IMG/VR virus record: IMGVR_UViG_3300005805_000300
Location: 1 to 31,325 of that record
Direction: 5' to 3' (one strand)
DNA: 31,325 bases
Origin: a virus
Lineage: Duplodnaviria > Caudoviricetes
Part shown: piece by piece, positions 29,201 through 31,325 of the stretch
Numbering within the stretch: the stretch's first letter is position 1
Layout: the number at the start of each line of letters is the position of its first letter
Position numbers and translations under genes: made by a program
The notes under the pieces: model-generated
Database searches by the model: none
Seen by the model: only the letters and a program-made list of their open reading frames with translations
What the model was told of the DNA's origin: nothing

Positions 29201-30652
29201 GATGTCTCAGCCGAAAGAAAAGACGTTGAAATCAAAAATTCAATCTCTTCTATTTCAAAAAGAATGTCCACGAGACCAAAAGTTAAAATTGGTAAAGTTT
29301 CATCTAATCAAATAAAAGATGACGTCAACCCTGATGAGTGGTTCGTTCCTGTTTCTAAATTAAAAGACTCGATAAGAATACCAACAGAATTTTCCAATAT
29401 TCCGGCCGACCCCGACTCTCCGGACGGTAGAAAAATTGCTCGCTGGACGCAGACACGCCCACTTTCCAATGACGAACTAGGGAAAATGCTTGCCCTAAGC
29501 AAGACAGACATAAAAAAATTATCTGATGATGATTCTGGCATCACTCACGACTCTGTTCGATTTCTGTTGGCTGAAATAGGTAAACAGAAAGGATTTGAAG
29601 CTTGGAGACTATTTGCTCCGACCTCTTTGAAAGAAGAAGGCGTACAAGAAATGTCGCCCGCAGATAAATTTGTCGCAAATCTAGAAAGAGCCAACATGCG
29701 TGACAGATTCATAATCGAAGCATTTGGCAAAGATGCCTTCCCCTACTGGATAGATAAGGAAGAAAATACTGTTATTGGTCAGAAAGAATATTCAACCCTT
29801 GGCGAAGTCAGTGAAATGGGCAAATTTAGGTCCACTGGAATATTCAGCAAAAAACGCGGAGCATCAGAATTCGGCTCAACCGCCGAAGAAATGCTCCTTG
29901 AGGAAGCGGTGTTTGGCGGCGATGATGGTCCGGGCGACTTCGTGAAGGAAGCAATTATAAATTCCGTATCAGCACCATCAGGTAAAACATCTAGAGAACA
30001 ATTTGATATCAGCCAACTTCTTCAGGCATTAAAAATAAACGAATCAGAAGACTGGTATAAGGAGTTGCGTAAAAGAATGATGAAGGCATTTTCCACAGAC
30101 GATGTTGGTCTTACATCCAAGGAAGTGGCCCGACAGTGGGAGGCCGGTGGGGTTCCTACGACATACATTAATGAAATGATCAGAACAGGCTTGATTCCTG
30201 ATGCTAAATCGGTTTGGAAAAAAGATGGTGTCGGGGAAAAACTAGACAGCGAATTGGCTGCTTCAAAGCACTCTGTCTACGAAGCCCTTTTTGAGTTTAC
30301 GCAAGCAAAACACGCCGCAGATAAAGCCAAAAACACTAGACGAAACAGAGATTACATTCTTGGTTCTACCGATTTTACTGTCTCGCATAAAGGGGTGGCC
30401 GCCAGGAAGGGGGCAACATTCTCAAAGAAAACCGGAGATGAAAGAAGATTTAGCCAAAGCGAACTACAGGATGTTGTAAATCGTTTTAATGAAATATTTG
30501 GAACCAATTACAAAATAGACGACATTTTCAGTGCAGAGCAATTACGCAACGCAACAAAAAGGCTCCGCGAAGAAGGTAAAACCCTATACGGCGAAGAACC
30601 TTTAGAGCTGGGTCAACGAGTTGTTCTTAAGAAAGATAAGAATAATAAATAA
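20276..30652 (+). CDS. 3458-aa polyvalent protein: HK97-type prohead protease + HiPIP-like Cys motif + sigma4-like HTH + ArdC-N/MPTase + UvrD-like SF1 helicase + unknown domains
   Basis: Protease: KDSVGDVCAPGAF, VWGHNW, WSIGY, LYEVSPVLHGAN. ArdC: NPTKGRLYQGMNALLL, LLHELTHWTG, YSFEELIAEMGS. Helicase: AGAGSGKTT, DEAQD, VGDSRQAIYGFRGA, LTRSFRYG, TVHIAKGREW, VYIAITRA. Confidence 0.92.
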   Translation: MSTETFEYKSTSISGSQQVKGAVNLDEAQGIVECFVAGIGNKDSVGDVCAPGAFTKSLLRRKPRVVWGHNWNDPIGKVLEIYEVGSTDPRLPLKMKMAGIGGLFAKVQFNLNSEKGKEAFANVAFFGEEQEWSIGYKTLRAQFDQKSQANILYEVELYEVSPVLHGANQLTGTISVKADDSAYGGAVALMPESEDDNGFEEMEKELSRLLNAKVSINAIEGDSVIFTRQEAVGAKKYRCGFMKNHGRYMFGIPEMISTPQSMRPMSPMPVVSGRPMPPNEPQRIVRPQQMPSIPVAVKPSSDGVMMIPLPAIRYDSSSKPQIDKNNLDQEESDLRDALLKIVKRHGKLDEDGDGIWAGYYPPEKNPVASIGVKCANCVFYKGGSSCKILALPVHPEGKCRFAVIPNGVVVGSSSKELEDLASEAEDSIIETLEMKYPGEFILGVLRNTVGRRKKRRQKYKNLSEFGDADDTGEKAYLIPVEPDFAFSVKTALDPIFDYHRAETFVDKEGIVISSGVTEELIDALDTAFHNIKKKFQEHNVEVKALGYRIGRSLASRAIDRPNIGGKKRGRGFGMPEGDLNPMTRVDKNRDGTLFDNIPGWEQPDPTPDGPGSINNAKLSSTQKRDIDKISGEANKIKPQDSEIIKSRKPKYDVNELDDILGEDKKKPSKKPVAKATPIKKEKAKRGEYDFSKGPKKDKPIKTPSLASGEEKDKKPKTPSRKKPKMTDEEIYKKRITTKASLQELADELGISRMEVRKREQRHMRKLRNDKQSPSLSSGEKNEWATARGYEPDRFDLREAVEQIGRGNIMAISGGRVERRGNEMILPSTKDQQVVIGYNAVPDLYYVRAEQKVNTGKNKGKNKILAQWDDVYADELGELAYQASLKPALLNSENKEYWKLGKGNQFTDKLIDRRSGKLVDDEVSEKPSSTPSKEETPSLSSGGRGRDYYKYDIDTSDNGNGLLDQIHDALEENPLLKDDITADIADMLGGDGIVEANGFDTRKAFNLVTGSDDDFQGYLDVVDDAMDALKNGSLAKHKATVRDANTTLDSLKSGSDEAGKLEALRDRSYEWIGDINKYSRISTIKDKKNIEANDVAARMVSKEQDALWNARSAITEKYIEDVISAKKESKRRVPIDDVDTEKIPDYELALSSGSVFKNKPASKTLDSKSDGLSLSSGENKKIYDEIGKSILEALIEMQKNPQSRYWDVPWRTPTLYAKNPTKGRLYQGMNALLLANSHRQNQYRGNFWAGKSQWAKFGGTVEDGKSGVNILVPRETPTGKTFIVQTVYNLDDIEGLPDSYVKKLLDVGKERLDPATKIKDAESVVDEIKPEIRFGGDSAYYSITNDHIQMPPYEMFKSPEQYYSTLLHELTHWTGGKSRLARKQVGLQKDEEAYSFEELIAEMGSSFLLAALGITPEVRQDHVVYIESWISNLTKDPSAFIRAMNQAQQAADWVMDRSPTLRRLAGVPDSERKGKPDATKEVAEAATESVDAVKDSTPSLSSGAQVGVRKVKELQYFGDEDQYGSGVVDRDSRGRILDAAGALSLSSGAKPIKSVDGKITVPRPSDNVPYREKYKFLANEFEPTEQQKASMDVLQHMLKEKINGIIAIGAGAGSGKTTNLKQNARAVAAIFPGKQIYYTVFNRGNAKDGNRVMPRNTGVATSNQIAYWSLVLGTGDKFYGTGTAKKIQLGVGPREKVYLRGAKKNTVKEYTDFEGNKLQFTGVIPGYTDLGYTSYDSEPNIIERLEKLGLLSDADELLGADYSLAEMLKKALMRFAESEDPKLSAKHFLLRDVEMISALLDGKPVPTEETIPKEVVEIAQKLWDETVDPNSNVLIPQEYQIKMWALTKPDLRTDKGLIGHRPNETIFDRIKLGTVEDLDSGKIKIGNIIEFTVPETGEKVAAVIRKLNPPSQKETKKGELTGKRQVTGSVSIVSVTANNPLEVFMFDEAQDVNPVMAKVLADNAANLPIIMVGDSRQAIYGFRGAMDALDKANATFRLPLTRSFRYGRLPAYLANVVLMQGNIDDLNFHRENETLDRHTFHHVVGEAQNVVINALKITGPDGKKLLPKEELDKKLKFIEVKYKLKGRAVSFDGKSEKEIKELVDKLYEEHVPKANGQIVENMTNPQAVLTSTNAGVMEEALNVVEGGILKHQIAYLDLLGIEDITDEIELANRLKKISEIYTLDGLEINLLDIAANDGKDAMLKTINELREEHAPGGADGKIPAIGIPADTHEKLYDFYNQLDWIMGDLDNKFGVQGRPKASKLLKDVWRFDKKKNRYPTKEEMVRKIERMVQGGSQELKTWYRLAYPPIGKGIPRGARFFKDLLRPNGQVYKDLNGNEQRYQGLRPMREGIELPNMESGKDHITADLIKETAKEPLGESKSGRRRKISWIIPKKDEGDSSGEVFVKLELDENGKSTGGVIIAGNGAHGGKYKFRKWNNKKKEWDPIQSGQPDKKGFDYYEDLAKVAKKLKAEYPDAVIEFKQGLVKQDGKALTFPPDTPDDFKPKLNPKTGNPDSSVERASLPGWVVRGRNPEETALIANEFGNRVRKLAAEGNTDVDVMTVHIAKGREWKRVRLSDDFRDPESLVPTLPPEVLENLKPKERLRVLRELEMMKREEHNKVYIAITRAQEQIDLGVAITKYYFLDEIPNTALTADIQEIRKRIEDLDKEISKLQKKPNSDTDPAIKKEINRLKKEKIEQNKILNTSRDMLQAQKVTAAKAKIVENPDGIYDDLQAPEGFITPYLADTEEARAKRKKRQEELDQSVKRYFESQRQKEKQQATPDDDDEAMVEDDSGGLDTGEPNFVDISGPEDDSGISSDDQDDDGDVQSLSLSSGAKKKTNRRNRRLPYSQQDRQNLADGNIIRSKKIPKKRKPGPSTQEFDDLALASGAKTPEGRYARRLRAISLSSGSDDIGAGAKTRQINGKRFAATISRPRDLAAIRVDGDPNKNDEVKNKLEYAMKFWRGVRERGIALDPDDVSAERKDVEIKNSISSISKRMSTRPKVKIGKVSSNQIKDDVNPDEWFVPVSKLKDSIRIPTEFSNIPADPDSPDGRKIARWTQTRPLSNDELGKMLALSKTDIKKLSDDDSGITHDSVRFLLAEIGKQKGFEAWRLFAPTSLKEEGVQEMSPADKFVANLERANMRDRFIIEAFGKDAFPYWIDKEENTVIGQKEYSTLGEVSEMGKFRSTGIFSKKRGASEFGSTAEEMLLEEAVFGGDDGPGDFVKEAIINSVSAPSGKTSREQFDISQLLQALKINESEDWYKELRKRMMKAFSTDDVGLTSKEVARQWEAGGVPTTYINEMIRTGLIPDAKSVWKKDGVGEKLDSELAASKHSVYEALFEFTQAKHAADKAKNTRRNRDYILGSTDFTVSHKGVAARKGATFSKKTGDERRFSQSELQDVVNRFNEIFGTNYKIDDIFSAEQLRNATKRLREEGKTLYGEEPLELGQRVVLKKDKNNK
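22382..28999 (+). repeat. Ten dispersed peptide-level repeats [PLI][SA]L[SA]SG
   Basis: Copies start at 22382, 22592, 23081, 23714, 23786, 24764, 24899, 28760, 28922 and 28982, with varied synonymous codons. Confidence 0.9.
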
Positions 30653-30789
30653 AAATCAGCCAGGCCATATTTTGACTAAATTGTTTAATACTGCTAATCC
30701 ATTACAAAGCCGCGTGGTAGGTTATAATTTAGACCATTAACAAATGGTGGTTGGCCTATGGCCATCCGCCTGCAGATCCCAGGAGTCAT

Positions 30790-31325
30790 ATGAGCTACGA
30801 CGAAAAGGCCAATGTAAGCATCGACGCTGATGGAAACGTGCTTAAGTGCGCCAAGGGTGCCTCTGCCGCTGAGTGCGGATACGTAAAGGGTGCTGATTTA
30901 TGTGCCAAGTGCGGAGCGATACCGCTACAAATGAAAATGGTCCCCGTTGAAGAAATGGTTGACGAGGATATGGTCGACAGCGAAGAGGGTGACGACAAGA
31001 TGCATGGCACTTGGCGGCACTCGAAATCAAAAAAGAAAAAGAAAATGATTTCAATACCGGAAGATGCGGATAATTCCGAAGAAGAAGAGGAAGAAGTTTT
31101 GGTTGGGGTTACGAAACCGGACTTGAAGAAACCGGAAGAAAAAGCCATGGACGCTGAAATGGGCGAAATGATGGCGATGGACGATGAAGATGAAGATGAA
31201 GATGAAGATGAAGATGAAGACATGGATGACGATGACGATGTCATGGATGACGATGAAGATGATGATTCGGAAGAAAAAGCGTACGGCATGGACGACGAAG
31301 ATGAAGAAAAAATGTATGACATGTC
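30790..31325 (+). CDS. Partial Cys-motif, highly acidic protein (head module; scaffold or internal protein candidate)
   Basis: Not in the ORF track. SD AGGAG(30781), ATG 30790: MSYDEKANVSIDADGNVLKCAKGASAAECGYVKGADLCAKCGAIPLQMK..., then D/E/M tracts; open to the window end. Confidence 0.85.
   Translation, partial: MSYDEKANVSIDADGNVLKCAKGASAAECGYVKGADLCAKCGAIPLQMKMVPVEEMVDEDMVDSEEGDDKMHGTWRHSKSKKKKKMISIPEDADNSEEEEEEVLVGVTKPDLKKPEEKAMDAEMGEMMAMDDEDEDEDEDEDEDMDDDDDVMDDDEDDDSEEKAYGMDDEDEEKMYDM
31183..31218 (+). repeat. (GATGAA)6 coding microsatellite (Asp-Glu repeat)
   Basis: Six exact tandem hexamers. Confidence 0.9.

Noticed and set aside
20267-30479. Numerous short ORFs inside the giant gene
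   Set aside because: Shadow ORFs of a long, motif-rich coding frame with no independent signals.
30795-31322. 175-aa Ser-rich minus-strand ORF
   Set aside because: Mirror of the D/E-rich plus-strand gene at 30790, which has an SD and ATG.
1-31325. tRNA genes, integrase or transposase
   Set aside because: None recognised by eye; intergenic spaces are short and lack cloverleaf or T-loop consensus. tRNAscan-SE would confirm.

Overview
Part of a large tailed (contractile-tail, myovirus-type) phage genome. Several promoters look leaderless, which suggests an actinobacterial host (inference). On the minus strand, 1-8.5 kb is a tail/neck module: partial tape measure, tail chaperone with a probable -1 frameshift, tube, sheath, terminator, neck and head-tail adaptor. 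It is followed by a very basic protein, a ParB / PAPS-reductase-like / ParB triad, a RuvC-like resolvase, an HNH nuclease, a PD-(D/E)XK exonuclease, a Rad52/Sak annealase and the large terminase. On the plus strand are the portal, a 3458-aa prohead-protease-led polyvalent protein and a partial acidic protein. Two things stand out. (1) The 340-bp gap at 13238-13577 appears to encode two small RNAs, each with its own promoter and terminator: one has 16 nt of perfect complementarity to 23S rRNA helix 69, the other has an extended complement to the 16S 3' anti-SD tail. (2) The giant protein is split into discrete cargo modules (sigma-4-like HTH, ArdC/MPTase, SF1 helicase, others) by ten copies of a [PLI][SA]L[SA]SG peptide motif, suggesting a processed, capsid-packaged polyprotein. 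All family calls are from motif recognition by eye; no database searches were run.
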